The notes under the pieces: generated by a model
Databases searched by the model: none
The model's input: only the letters and a program-made list of their open reading frames with translations
Told to the model about the DNA's origin: nothing
Program-made: the position numbers and the translations under genes
DNA from: Octopus sinensis
Taxonomy: Eukaryota
DNA length: 64,000 bases
Assembly: GCF_006345805.1 (NCBI RefSeq)
Contig: NC_043015.1
Coordinates: 18,724,001-18,788,000, forward strand
Direction: 5' to 3'
In this document: positions 35,650-50,569 of the stretch, in pieces
Numbering within the stretch: the stretch's first letter is position 1
How the letters are laid out: each line of letters starts with the position of its first letter

Positions 35650-38345
35650 GTTGTTGTTGGCATCCTTTTTGTCTCGGGAGACAATGGAGTTGCGCATAAA
35701 ATAATCTAGTCAGGCTTTCACATTTTATGTCCTAATACATTTCCTGCTGTGGCTGTGTAGTCCTATCCTGGACAAACACTCCCTATGGCAGGTGCCGCAA
35801 ATGTAGCAAGACTTTGCCTGGCTGGTTGTAATGTCATACTTTCTTGTTGACCTCTTTTCTTGTCTTTCCATTTCTCCTCTCTCTCTATGTCACTCCGTTG
35901 TGTTCCATCTTTTACGGTACGTCGCCAATCTCCACGGTTGCTGGCAACTGCTTCCCAGTTAGTAATATTGATGTTGCAGGCATTCATGTCCCTTTTGCAA
36001 ACATCCTTGTATCGTAAGACCTAGTGCCCCTAGCAAGCTCTCCGTTGAGTATGTCCTTGAGGATTCTGCCATCTTCCATACGGCTAACATGCCCAAGCCA
36101 TCTCATACGTCTTTGTGTGAGGAGTGCAAACATGCTTGGTATTCCTTCTTGCTTGAGGACATGTTTGTTGGGGACATGATTCTGCCATTTGATGCGAAGG
36201 ATTTTCCGGAGGCAGTGCAGGTGAAAGATATTTAGGCGACGCTCTTGGCGTGTGTATGGCGTCCAAGTCTCACTTCCATACAGTAGAGTGCTAAGTACAC
36301 ATGCCTGGTAAATCTTCATTTTTGTGGTCTTGGTCAGCTTATTGTTGTCCCATGCACGTTTGGAGAGTTGGGCCATCACAGCAGTTGCCTTGCCAATGCG
36401 TATATTGAGCTCATCAAGGGATAGGTTGTAGGTGACGGTAGAGCCAAGATAGGTAAACTTCTCCACCTCCTGTAGTCTGTGGTCTCCAATATGTATATTT
36501 GGGATGTCCGATGTAGCCTGACCCATAATGTTGGTCTTCTTGAGGCTGATAACTATGCCAAAGTCGATACATGCTTGCTCAAAACAGTTGATGAGCCTTT
36601 GTAGGGCTTCTTCTGTGTGTGATACCAGAGTGGCATCATCAGAAAATAGCATCTCCTTGATCAGGATGCTTCTGACTTTGGTATTGGCACGCAGACGCGA
36701 GAGATTGAACAGTTTCCCATCACTTCAACTGTGCAGAAACACTCTATCATCTGATGTCTCAAAGGCATGTGACAGCAGCAGCGAGAAGAAGATGCCAAAT
36801 AATGTAGGAGCAAGGACACAACCTTGCTTTACCCCATTTTTTATTTGGAAGGCGGCTGATGTTGACCCATTGTGCTGTATGGTGCCTTGTATATCATCAT
36901 GGAAATATTTGATGATCCTCAGCAGCCTTGGTGGACATCCGATTTTTTGGAGCAGGACGAAGGGGCCTTTTCTACTTACCAAGTCAAAGGCCTTTGTCAG
37001 ATCAATGAAGGCCATATATAATGGCATTTTCTGCTCTCTGGACTTCTCCTGAAGTTGGCGTATGGAGAATATCATGTCAATAGCTGATCTCCTTCTTCTA
37101 AAGCCACACTGCGATTCTGGATAAATTTGAGAAGCAAGCAGTTGTAGCCTGGACAGGATAATGCGAGCAAAGGCCTTTCCAACAGTGTTTAGAAGAGATA
37201 TTCCACGGTAATAGTTACAATCACCACGGTCACCTTTGTTTTTGTAAAGCGTAATGATGTTAGCATCCGGCACATCCTGAGGGACTGTAGCCTCTTCCCA
37301 ACACTGACACAGAAGCTCATGAAGGTGCCGAAGCAGGATGGTGTTTTTGCCGGTTTTGATGATCTCTAAGGGGATGCCGTCTTTTCCCGGAGCCTTGTTA
37401 CTTGCTAGGGAGTCAATAGCCTTGGTGAGCTCTGCTATAGATGGCAAACTGTCAAGTTCGCACATGACTGGCAATATCTTGACACCCTCGATTGCAGCCT
37501 CTGCTACCTTGGTCTCCCCTGAGTAGAGATCCTGGTAGTACTCCACCCATCTATCCATTTGCTTGTTTTGGTCCCTGATGAGATCTCCATTAGTTGATTT
37601 CAGAGGGGCTTACTTGGTTGCGGATGGACCGAGGGCCTTCTTCAAACCGGCATACATCCCACGGGTGTCGCCACTGTCAGCAGCTGACTGGATGCTCTGA
37701 CAAATTTCCTGCCAATACCTATTTGCACAGCATCTGGCAGTCAGTTGGGTTTTGTTTCTTGCCTTTCTGAGTTGTTCGAGTGACTTTGTAGAAGAATCCC
37801 TCTAGTATTGCATCAGAGCTGCACGCTTTGCTTCGATAACTGTTTCCAGCTCTGAGAGCCCAGCATTGAACCAATCTGGGTTTTGCCTTTCTCTCATGCC
37901 GAAATTATTTATTGATGTGGTATACAAAGCTTCCCTGATATAATTCCACCTACTTTCATCAGAGGAGGTTGGGCAGCCATTGAGGGCCATTTTGATAGAA
38001 ACAGCAAAACATTGTCGCAGTGTAGGGTCCGAGGTTCTGGCAGTGTTAATGCGTGGTTGTCCCATTTTCTTGGAGTGATGGACATTTTTAGGCAGAATCC
38101 TCACCCTGCTTCTTATTAGTGAATGATCTCTGTCACAATCCGCACTGTGGTAACTACGGGTCAATTGAACAGAATTCAGAAAGGATCTTCGTGTAATGAT
38201 GAGATCCAGCTGATGCCTGTGGTGAGATCTTGGATGTCTCTAAGATGCCTTTTGTGATTTCTTGTTGGCGAAGAATGTATTAGTGATGCACAGGTTATGG
38301 TATTCAAGTAGTCTCTGACCATTGTCATTCATGTTGCCAATACCA
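35650..38345 (-). mobile_element. RTE-clade LINE, 5'-truncated within the APE domain, frameshifted; (AAC)n 3' tail
   Basis: HSADCDRDHSLI (APE); KAPGKDG, YRGISLL, QCGFR, FIDLTKAFD, GVKQGCVLAPTLF, LFSDD, RWLGHVSRM; ends ggatgccaacaacaac. Confidence 0.92.
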
Positions 38346-38437
38346 AAACACATACACTTACATATATACATACATATATATACGATTGATTTGTTTCAGT
38401 TCCTGTCTACGAAATTCATATGTATATATGTATGTGT

Positions 38438-38481
<44 letters not shown>

Positions 38482-39086
38482 CACACACACACACACACAC
38501 ACACACAAAGATAAATTGATAGATACAACTGAGTGGGCAAACAAAAATATGAGACACTGCGTAGTGCTTTTTTATATTTTGATAAGCCTGGTACTTATTC
38601 TATCAGTTTCTTCTTGTGAAACCAGTAAGTTATGGGGATGTAAATAAACGAACACCAGTTGTGAAGCAGTGATGAGGGAGAAACACAAAGGCACACACAT
38701 AGACTTACATATATACATACATATACATACAATTGATTTCTTTCAGTTTCTGTCTATAAAATCCACTGACAAGGCTTTAGTTAGTCTGAGGCTATAGCAG
38801 AAGACACATGCCAAGTTACCACACAGTGGGACTGAACTGAGGACCATGTGTTTTGGAACCAAGTTTGTTACCACACAGCCACACCTGTACCTATGTATAT
38901 GTGTGTGTGTGTATGGGTGTATATATGTATGCATGTATATATGTGTATATATATGTGTACTTATTACATGTACATCTGTATATATATACAACTAGACATA
39001 CATGTATACACTACATGTATATCTATAGAAATACATCTATACATATACAGCTATACATATACATGTATACATATACAGCTATATAT

Positions 39087-39156
<70 letters not shown>

Positions 39157-39742
39157 CCATATACATACGTTTTAACACGTATACTAAAATAGTGGAGAAG
39201 ATATGATATTGCTGTGGGCTCGCCCTAGACAAGAAGTTAAACATTTTTGCCCATGACACTACATGGACCCTAAGTAAGGCATGTGTAAAATTTGAATGAA
39301 ATTGGTTGTGTAGTTCTCAAGTTTCAGGGAAACACGCAGACAGACAGACACACATTCTCAGTTTTATATATATATAGATATGTACAAAATAAACTAAGTT
39401 GTTACAACTCAGCTCGGTAGAAAAACTGAGATCGATCTGCATTTGAAAGGGTAAAACTATTATGCAAAGTGAGGTGACCAAAATGCACAGGAATACATGG
39501 CATGCTATCGAGTTGCACGTAGCGGCGTTTAAAAATGCTGACATACCAATGCAATCACTTGAGAATCAATATGTGCCAGTGGAACAATGATTTTACTTCA
39601 AATTTTTTGAAGATCCAGAATATGGCGAAACTAGTTGTATTTTTTGAACAGAATATATGGCTAATAATATCCTTCCATTCGACCGACCGACCATCAATCT
39701 GTCCGTCTGCTTACCTCCCTGCCTGCCTGTCTGCCCGCTTGC

Positions 39743-39856
<114 letters not shown>

Positions 39857-39944
39857 GCCTGTCTGTCTGTCTGTCTGTCTGTCCGTTACTTCCTCAGTCT
39901 ATTTATTTACTGTTATTGGTTTTATTTCTCTCGTGCAATCTTGT

Positions 39945-40215
39945 CTTTCCATTTCTCCTCTCTCTCTATGTCACTCCGCTGTGTTCCATCTTTTACGGTA
40001 CGTCGCCAATCTCCACGGTTGCTGGCAACTACTTCCCAGTTAGTAATATTGATGTTGCAGGCATTCATGTCCCTTTTGCAAACATCCTTGTATCGTAAGA
40101 CCTAGTGCCCCTAGCAAGCTCTCCGTTGAGTATGTCCTTGAGGATTCTGCCATCTTCCATACGGCTAACATGCCCAAGCCATCTCATACGTCTTTGTGTG
40201 AGGAGTGCAAACATG
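39945..40215 (-). mobile_element. 271-bp internal RTE fragment nearly identical to ~35856-36135
   Basis: Direct comparison; only a few differences seen. Confidence 0.85.
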
Positions 40216-42191
40216 CTTGGTTCATGAATGATTTGCTATTATAGGCGAATTTCCAAACAACAGTCTGTCTGTCTGTCTGTCTGTCTGGATGAAAGTTCAA
40301 CACCACCTGACACAACTTCTTTTCCTGGTCAAAAGTTACAGTCATAAGTATATGACTGGGCGTGATAGAATCTCAGGTAGATGTATCTAATAGCAAATCC
40401 CCTGGAAGACTGCTGACTCCTAGAAAGACTAGATGGCAATCAAGGAAGGTCGGAGGCTCTGAAAAGGCATGATCTTCAGGCAAGATTGGAATGGTTTAGT
40501 GCAGCTAGCAACCTCGTTCGCAAGATCATGGTATTAAATCTGAGGCAAAACAAAAGAGATATATGATACAGGATGAGGCTAGATCCTAGAAGGAGAAATG
40601 ATGAAGGCAAAGAGCTATAAAATTTAGCCATGGAAGATATAGCTAGCACCGCTACAAGGTCCTTAAAGTATTGGCTAACCTCTTTGAGCGGGGGAGAAGA
40701 GAGAAGCCCTGCCTGATACAAGGTCAACCCCAGCTTTCAGTTCGTCTTAGAAAGGAGAAGTCAATGTGTTCCAAAAAGCCTAAAATGAGAGTCCTTCAAA
40801 CTGCATAATTATGAGAGGAGGTTCGATCTGTGGAGGCAACTTTACTTTTCTCAATTTATCTAAATACTCCAGTAGTCTGACCTAGTGATGTGGCCTGAGA
40901 AGGCCATGAAGATTATTACAATTGAACTGAAGGTCTCATGGGAAGATGGTTGTGAGAAAGGTCCGAAGAAGAATTTCATTAAAACCAAGACCTGGTCAAA
41001 TGCTTTAGATCTTATTGCACTCAGCTGAGGTGGCTGCTGGGTTTTCACGGGCAGTCTGTAAAAAAAAAAAAAAACCTTATAGCAACTGGAAATAACAGGG
41101 AGATTGAGGGCAACAGCCACACGCAGAATGGAAATAAAACAGAGCGAGCTTCTTGCTGACTCTAGAACACGTGGAGTAGGGGGAGTGGCCATCACAGCTG
41201 ATCTACAAACTGAACGACAATTTTTGATTTTGGGCCGAAACACCGGAGGAGATTTGGACTGAATTTGTTATCTATATGTATGTATATTTATATGTATGTG
41301 TATAAATACACACACCGCATGCACACACACATGTATGCTACAGAATTTAGTTCATTAAATAAATAGCCTACAAAAAATGAACAATAATAAAAGCCCCCCA
41401 ATTTTTTTTCCTCTTTATTTATGTTTTGTTTTGTACTGCACTTTGGTCATTCCTTAAACTGTTCCAATATCAGGCTTTACTAACCACTGGGTGAACCTGT
41501 TTTTATTTCTCAGAAAAAGAAAAAAAAGAGGTTGGTGTTAGTGGTTCCCTATAATCCTTCGCAAAGTGCAACGTAGACAAATTAAGAGGAGAGAGTGAGA
41601 GAAATTGTCACAAGTACTTGATCAGCATTTTATGTTTTGATCCGGGGAGGATGAATAGCAAGTTTAACATTCATGGGATTTGAACACGGAGCATATACAG
41701 CAGAAACAAAAATCGCAAGTTATTCTATCCAACACGCTAACGCCTCTACCAATTCACCGCATACAAAATGCAACACTAAAAACTAAATCTCGCTGCCATA
41801 TCCATCATATTTCCTCCTCGTCTTCGTCCTCGTCCTCCTCGTCCTCCGCCCTCCTCCTCGTCCTCCTCCTCGTCCTCCTCCTCCTCCTCCTCCTCATCAT
41901 CATCATCATCATCAAGAACAACAATAAAAAGGACTGCATCAGCAATTTTCGGGTGTTTTATTCATTTGTTATTTACACGAACTGTCTGTCCGTTACTTCC
42001 TCAGTCTATTTATTTACTGTTATTGGTTTTATTTCTCTCGTGCAATCTTGTAACTATCTTGGTTCATGAATGATTTGCTATTATAGGCGAATTTCCAAAC
42101 AACAGGAAATCTGAGAGTAGAAGATGACGAAGATGAACGAAATGAAGAACTAAGCGATTGAAAAGAAAACAATTAAAATAAGAGCAGCAAG

Positions 42192-42226
<35 letters not shown>

Positions 42227-42403
42227 ACAATAATAAATAACTAAATAAGAGTAAGGGTTGAATCATACTGATAGACTGGCGCCAAGTGATCGAAAATCGA
42301 ATATAGTAATTTATTCATTTGATCATTTATCAATTGTATATATATACTTGCATATATACTTATATATATATTTACATATATTTATACATACTGACACTGG
42401 CAC

Positions 42404-42483
<80 letters not shown>

Positions 42484-42495
42484 GTGTTTATATAT

Positions 42496-42574
<79 letters not shown>

Positions 42575-42576
42575 AC

Positions 42577-42638
<62 letters not shown>

Positions 42639-42714
42639 GTGTTCGTTTATACATATACACATACATACATGCTGCCTGAGGCCCACAAAAGACTTGCAAC
42701 TGGACATGAATGAT

Positions 42715-43240
42715 TGTCTACGTTGTTATACATATTTCAAAGAGAATATATCAAGGAGACAGTCTGTCTCTCTCTGCTTCTGTTTATCTTTGCGCTGAAA
42801 CCATTGGTAATGTGCTGGGGCCTATAGCAGCCAGAACCACTAATGTAACCCATAAATTCTTAGTGGATAATCTATGTTCGAAATATGATGCTAATGAACA
42901 ACTGTATTTAGTGACAACCTTTCCTGTTAAGAAAGGGATGGGATTTGCCCAAGAGAAGTATTCATATTTAACAATCGAATACGGAAAATCTGTTCCCCAA
43001 CACGAAACTTTACATCATTCATCTCTCTGTCTCCTCTGTTAATTCGATGAGTGCAATAAATACCTAGATATTGATGAAAATATATCATACAAAAGCGCCG
43101 TAGCAAAGAATAACTAAAGGATATAACAGGGTGAATTATATAGAAAAAAGTGCCAGTCAGGGTTTACCCTATACCATAAAACAGTATCCCATAATATTTT
43201 TCTAATACATGTACTGATTCCAACATGGAATACTTAACAG
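42715..43240 (+). pseudogene. Degraded R4/Dong-like non-LTR RT fragment
   Basis: [10 protein letters not shown]; GMGFAQEKYSYLTIEYGK; YLDIDENISY. Confidence 0.5.
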
Positions 43241-44035
43241 GTTAAAGAAGGAAATCTGTTCCATAAACATTAAAACGTGTAAATTAGAAGTTTTGAGGGA
43301 TTTGAAATAAATCGCTTTTAACGGTACTCGAGGTAGGTTAAACTATAAATAACTGTATGTAGAATATTGAACTGAAAACCGCTTGAATGGTGTTGTGTTA
43401 ATCGGTTCTTGCTGCTTTTAACTGATTAGACTCACGTGTTTATAACACATAATTTGTATAGAGTTCTTTTTAGTAGCGGTGTTGACTATTTCCAGTCTAG
43501 TTTTAGATTTTTTTTATAAATTCTTCTTCTTTTGCTTTTCGTAGTTCATAATTTGGAGTTTGAATACAGGAGCATTTTCAATGTTTCAACTACATTGGAA
43601 TTTGAAACTATATTGGAAATAGTCGAAACGAGTACTAAAACAACTTCCTCTAAAAGGATTATCTTATAACAGGTGTATCTGGAAACCCAAAAACAGTGAA
43701 AAGCACGTAATTGTTTAATGTATCTTTTTTTAATGTATCTTTTGTGAGTATTCTGTTTGTATCCGTTTTTTTCTGAAAACTTTCACATACATACATACAT
43801 GCATGCATACATGCATGCATACATACATGCATGCATACATACATAAATGCATACATACACACACACACACGCACGCAGGCACGCACACACACAGAGACAC
43901 ACACATTATAACAAGAGGCAATCTTTGTGTCCAGCATAACAGTTTCTGTTGCTGCTAATTATTTTTCCATAAGCCCAATGGCTATTTGCAACATCAGTTC
44001 CTGAATCCACGTTAAGTTGGATATAAATGTTGCTA

Positions 44036-44067
<32 letters not shown>

Positions 44068-44097
44068 CATACATACATACATATATATATATATATA

Positions 44098-44958
44098 TCA
44101 GGTCATCCCATAAGTTCTGTCCGAGTTTTTAATAAAGAAAACAAGTCATCATATGTTATATTTAATTGAAATTTAATCATCAATGTACTTTCTTTGATTA
44201 TCTATGACTTTCTTCCATCTATCTACAAGATTTGTAATCCTATCAATGTAAAACTCTTTTGCTTTCAAAGCGAAGAACTCTGAAATGTCAGTTTCGACCT
44301 CCTCCTGGCTTGCAAAAGTTCTGTTCCGCAAATGATTCTGTAAACTACTAAACAAATGGCAGTCTGAAGGAGCAAGGTCGGGTGAATAAGGTGGATGAGG
44401 AATTTTTTCCCAACCAAGCTTTTCGATCTTCTGTAATGTGATCTTTGCATTGTGGCGTCGCACATTGTCCTGATGAAACATCACTCCTTTTCGATTCACT
44501 AAAGCGGGTCTTTTTTTCTTCAAAGCTTGGTTCAAACGCCTGACAGTAATGCCTCAGTGAGCTTATCATCAAACTCAACTGGACGTCCTGTTCGATCTTC
44601 ATCTTCAAGGCTGAAATCTCCACTTCTGAATTTTGTAAATCATCTTCTGCAAGTTCTTTCATTCAAGCGTTCTTTCTCATAATCTGAGTGTATGTTTCGA
44701 GTTGCTTCGGCTGCAGAGTTTGCTTTTTTGTACTCATAAAGCATTATGTGCCTTAAATGCTCTTTGGATACTTCCATGTTAGAAAGGGTTTTAATCAAAG
44801 AAATTTTAATTCTATTATTCTGTAAAATATATTTAATTAGTTTAAATGTACACAAATGTATAAAAATAATTTTTAATTCCATTAGACATTCTAAAAGACT
44901 ATTAAATTTCATTTAATTTTAAAAAGGTAAAATCGGATAGAACTTATGGGATGATCTG

Positions 44959-44959
<1 letters not shown>
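44098..44959 (-). mobile_element. Mariner element, internally deleted, 27-bp TIRs, TA target duplication
   Basis: tcaggtcatcccataagttctgtccga / tcggatagaacttatgggatgatctga; MEVSKEHLRHIMLYEYKK N-terminus; FHQDN and HPPYSPDLAPSD C-terminus. Confidence 0.93.
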
Positions 44960-44991
<32 letters not shown>

Positions 44992-45017
44992 TGTATGTAT
45001 GTATGTATGTATGTGTA

Positions 45018-45087
<70 letters not shown>

Positions 45088-45859
45088 CTATATTAAATCT
45101 CTGAGCGAGAGGTAAACAGTAGCAGTACGGAATCGCAAAGCCTTATGAGTGGAATGAGTTTTCATCACTAATGTATCTTTTTTGAGTATTCTGTCTGTAC
45201 AGAAGGCTGATCAACAATATTCACCGCGGAGCTGAATCCCTACTACTCACCGCGGAGCTGAATCCCTGTTATTTAGCGCGGAGAGTGAGAGAGCAGTGCA
45301 TGCCGTCAAAGTAACACTGGAGTAAAATATAGTATAATCATCATGATTACCAGTCTGATAAGGGTACACCAGGCACATGCATCACAAACATGTGTGCGCG
45401 ACATGGTGATCTTATATCAAGATAAACAGTGCATAACCTTGCAGCTGGGGTCCAGCTGGATTTTTCTTCAAGTTGAGTAGCCCATCCACTTAAGAGATCT
45501 CTTAATAAGGGTTGTGTAAGGATGTTGATCATAACACCCATGTTTCCAGAGGGGAATTGTTCAAATCTCAGAAAATTCCTCTCAACACATGGCTATGATT
45601 CTCCCCCACTACTTCTACTCGTGATGGGAAGACTTGAGTTAAATTTAATTCAGCCATGCCTTAAAGTAAATTATGATTACTAATTTGGTTAACGGTTACT
45701 CAAATTCATCCCTGCTGCATTGTCCGGAAGTGCATTTATAAGCATGTAAGTACCTTGAGAGTCTTTCAGAAATTCTATTAATTGTCTTCTCATTGGTCCT
45801 TAAAATACACTGGGATTCTTTGGAGCAGAGTCTGCATCTCCAAGAACGGATATTATATG

Positions 45860-46530
45860 GTTGCGCCTGCCTTTATTAAGGACTAAGATAGATATCTCAT
45901 TTTATTTTCCTTAAGTCTCTTAGTCATGGTAGCAGAGGCTAAACTAAGTCTTTTTGAGATCTGCCGTCCTTGATCAAAGCGGATCCTAGATACTTGGTGT
46001 CCACTTTATCAAGTCTCTCTCCATTTAGCATGATGTTGGCTGCTGATCTTGCTCTTTTCCGAGATGATCCCCATCCCGCATGTTCCTGATACCTTTTCCA
46101 GTCTGGTGGTGAGCTCCTGGAGTTCAGTTTCGCTGCTTTCTAACAAGTGGATATCGTCAGCAAAGTGCAAATTGGAAATGGGCTATCCTGTAATAAAAAC
46201 AGAAGGATGGAGGTCCACAAGTGTCTCCTGCATGATGTTCTCCATGAAGATGTTGAAAAGTTCTAGAGAAAGGACACATCTTTGTCAAACACCCACTGTT
46301 GTTCCGGAGACTTCTCCGATGTTGTTGTTCAGGAGAAATGCGCTGCTTGAGTTTTCATAGAATGCTTAGACTACTCCAATGAGGCTGTTGTCAAAATTGC
46401 AATTCTTCATCACCTGTCATAACCTATCGTGACAAACACAGTCAAAAGCCTTTTAGAAGTCAATGAAGTTGTGATAGAGGCAAGATGTTTCTCAGTGAGC
46501 AGTCTAATGCTAAATATTTGGCACCAAAGT
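45860..46530 (-). pseudogene. Degraded RTE-like LINE RT fragment
   Basis: Minus strand FIDF.KAFD, VGV.QRCVLSLELFNIFME, NLHFADDI motifs with stops. Confidence 0.7.
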
Positions 46531-46796
46531 ATTCCTGAATTTTCTAGCTTACAAAGATATAAATCCTTTACAAATACACTTTAGATTGCTTTCCTTGGTC
46601 AAGGTTGATCTTGCACTTGTACATATATGGAGAGTCCTGGGCAAAATATTTTAAAGTATGACTGGCGGTTACATATGCATGCAAATACCGGAACAGATCC
46701 GCAAGACAATTCGCAAACTTTCTAATATTTCCGTCAATTCATCACTTTGGATAAATAAATGCTTAGTGCTTAGTAAACAAAACCGAGCACAACAGA

Positions 46797-46953
46797 AGTG
46801 GCTGTGTGGTAAGTAACTTGATTACCAATCACATGGTTCCGGGTTCAGTCCCACTGCGTGGCACCTCGGGCAAGTGTCTTCTACTATAGCTTCGGGCTGA
46901 CCAAAGCCTTGTGAGTGGATTTGGTAGACGGAAACTGAAAGAAGCCTGTCGTA

Positions 46954-47003
<50 letters not shown>

Positions 47004-47590
47004 TGTGTGTGTGTCTGTGTGTCCCCCAACATCGCTTGATAACTGATGCTGGTGTGGTTTACGTCCCCGTAACTTAGCGGTTCGGCAAAAGAGCCCGATA
47101 GAGGAGGGGAAGCACTCCGTCGGTTACGACGACGAGGGTTCCGGTTGATCCGAATCAACGAAACAGCCTGCTCGTAAAATTAACGTGTAAGTGGCTGAGC
47201 ACTCCACAGACACGTGTACCCTTAACGTAGTTCTCGGGGATATTCAGCGTGACACAGAGAGTGACAAGGCCGGGCCTTTGAAATACAGGTACAACAGAAA
47301 CAGGAAGTAAGAGTGAGAGAAAGTTGTGGTGAAAGAGTACAGCAGGGATCACAACCATCCCCTGCCGGAGCCTCGTGGAGCTTAGGTGTTTTCGCTCAAT
47401 AAACACTCACAACGCCCGGTCTGGGAATCGAAACCGCGATCCTATGACCGCGAGTCCGCTACCCTAACCACTGGGCCATTGCGTCACCACTTCCGATAGA
47501 ATAAGTACTAGGCTTACAAAGAATAAGTCCTGGGGTCGATTTGTTCGACTAAAGGCGGTGCTCCAGCATTGTCGCAGTCAAATGACTGAA
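46797..47590 (+). mobile_element. SINE family 1 interrupted by a nested SINE
   Basis: Family 1 sequence stops at 47102 and resumes at 47493. Confidence 0.85.
47103..47492 (-). mobile_element. tRNA-derived SINE (family 3-related tail) with 8-bp TSD ccgataga
   Basis: TSD at 47095-47102 and 47493-47500; head ggtgacgcaatggcccagtggttaggg...ggtttcgattccc. Confidence 0.85.
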
Positions 47591-50569
47591 ATAAGTAAAA
47601 GAGTAAATGATAATGTTGTTCCCCCAGAGGGAAATAACTTAGAATAAGAGACTTAGTAGTCATGACAGTGGTGTTGGCTGCACCGAAGTTGATGATGGTA
47701 ATGATAAAGGGAGAAAGTAAGAAAGAGAAGGACGGGGAGGTGATGATGTTTGTTGTTACATGACTACTTTAGTTACTGGTGACTACAAATATCGCTACTA
47801 CTGTGAATACCAATATCATAAATTTGTAATATTTTTCATCATTTATGACTATAATTCATTGCTGTTTAGTAAAAATTGAAATAAGTATATCAACCTTTAC
47901 ATCCTACTTAATGTGGATGTATTATTGCAGTAATATTCCAGTATTCACTCTGAGAAAGTCGTTTGTGTAAGGTGTCTAGTGTATAAAAACATAGAGATAT
48001 CGGCAGCAAACGAGAAATGTCAAGTACTTGTGGGCGAAACTGTTATAACACGTGATTTCAGATTGTCTCGCGCTTCAACAGCACCAGGCATCCGCTAACA
48101 CCGCATACTGGTCAAATCTGTTTGCCATCGATATATAAGACCCACTGGTGTCGTTGTTGTGCACAAATAATTTCAAGTTTGATATGCCATATTATAATGC
48201 ATATTTATTAGAATTTATCTAAGACACAGTCACGTTTTTTAGCATAAAATAGAAAATGGTCGAATGTTTATAAAATCTCTTAAAAGAAATTCTTGTTCTA
48301 ATTTTATTTTTATTAAAAATTCAGCTGACATTAGAATTAGAAATTTAAAATATGTTAATATAATAGTGCTTACATTGTGACCCTAGATTTTATAGATATA
48401 ACATAGTGAAGGTAAATAACCCTTCCTTTCTATGGCGGTGCTAATGGTGATCGTGATAGCGCTAAGGAAGCAACAGTGAAGAAGTGGATCAAAATTAACA
48501 TTGTGAAAAATTGCTTATGGTTTACCGCATGCGAAAATTGAACCTGGACATTCTCTTCGTTACAAACGCTTTGGCACTTTGTAACAGATGTTGTTTTTGT
48601 TTATTGCTGTTAATAGGAATGATGGTAGTAATCGCGTTTATTTCTCTGCTGTAGGAGTGGTGGCGGCGGTGGAAGTTGTTTGCTTGTCGTAAACGGCCAT
48701 AATATTGATAGAAGCAACGGTGAAATACTCACTGTTACACACGTGTGTGCGCGCGCGCATATGCATGTGCGTACGTGTGTGTTTTGTTGTGTGTGTGTGT
48801 GTCTGTGTGTCTGTCTGTGTGTGTGTGTGTGCGTGCATGCGCGTGCGTACATATGTGTGTTTTGTTGTTGTTGTGTGTGTTATTATTCATTATAGTAATT
48901 ATGCGGTAAAGATGAATAAATCATGTTTCCTGAAGTTTACACAGTTCTGACTCGTACAAATGAAAGTTAGAAAGACAGATTAATACTTAAGACTGAGTTA
49001 ATTTCCCCAAATAAGGTAACAGTTATCAATACTCGAACAACAAATTGCAATAGTAATATTCATAACGTGAAGTTAAGTGAATTAGCAGATCTAAAGGGGA
49101 AAGAAAAAAAGAAAGAAGAAATTATCGATGTTGGATTTTGGTTGGTGTATACTTCGGAATACACTAACCACAGAATAGCCACATCAACAACGATATCGGT
49201 GATTACCCACACCTTGTTTCTGGTGGAAAGAGGGCTCACTTTCAGACTCCTTTTTAAGGACTCCATGTCACTACTCCACCATTTGGGCAATCAGGGCCTC
49301 AAGCGGGGGCTCCTTGCAAGGGCATGAAAATTCTTTGACTTGTTGGATGTTACTCTATTGCTGTTGGTTGTAAAGGGAGGCCGCCATAACATTTTAAGCT
49401 TCAGGGCCTCAGTATTGTAGATCTGTCACTGGTGATAGATAATATCATTGTGCTGCCAAGGGAAAAGCGGAACTTGCAGATGAACTTCCTATTCTTCAGT
49501 ACTAGAGATTTAGAGATTTAGGTATTACCAGTTTGAAGCTGTCATTAAACACTTACTATTAACCTCTAAACTTACATCTTCATTTCATTTTGATCTGTTT
49601 AATCTCCGATATGTTGCTTATTGATAAGTGCATGTTGACTCTTAAATTACAAATAAAAGTTTCTAGTTCTAATCCAGTGAGGTAGTATGTACATATTTAG
49701 CAATAAGGTATTTGATGAAGACTAAAGATCAAACTGATTGAAATATAAGTATACAGATATGCATATAAAGTACTTTATGATTTACCAGAACACTTTGAAG
49801 TGAGAGTTTGTTGTTATTTCATATTCTTTATGCCTCAGATCTTATTTAAGTATAATCTCAACAGCTTCATAGAATGTCATATACAAGACTATCTCCAGTA
49901 TCGTGTAACTGATGGTAATGAAGGCCCAATGGTCAGCATATGATTATTTTAAAGAGGTTTTGACTCAATAATTTTCTTTTTGTTGAGAAAAACAACCAAA
50001 ATTGGTCACCCCAGCGTTCCAAGTTTATATATCTTATGTCAGATAAAAAAAAGATACACGCAGTTCACACAGACGCACACACACAAACGCGCGCGCACAC
50101 ACACAAATGCGCGCGCGCGTACACACACACACACACATGCATATACAGACACTTATATTCTCGCACGAGGGAGTCAACTTACCAATGCAAGTTTACTAAC
50201 CAATATATTTTACAGTACACTTGCTGCTTACAGTATTAGACTATGCCACCAGAAGGTAGTATTATCTTGTTGACCAATACGTTATGAGTGGAATTTGACA
50301 AAGGGAAATTCTGCAGAAGGTATTGGCCAATCTAAGGCTGTGGTAGAAGACAGTTCTCCAAAACGCATGATCGAAATCTGATCTACATAGTTGCAAGGCG
50401 AAGATATAACAATGCCTGATTCTCTTTTTTCAAATTAGGACATATTAGATAATATTCTAGGTAAAGTACATATGAAAAAAAAAAAAAGGGAAAATTAGAA
50501 AAGAGTTATACTTTGATTATAGAACAGCTTTATGAAGGTTGACCTGTGGCAAAACAGCATCAATACTTT

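Noticed and set aside
40300-41250. Possible DIRS-like tyrosine recombinase relic (DQVLVLMKFFFGPFSQP)
   Set aside because: Only vague motif similarity; catalytic residues not identifiable.
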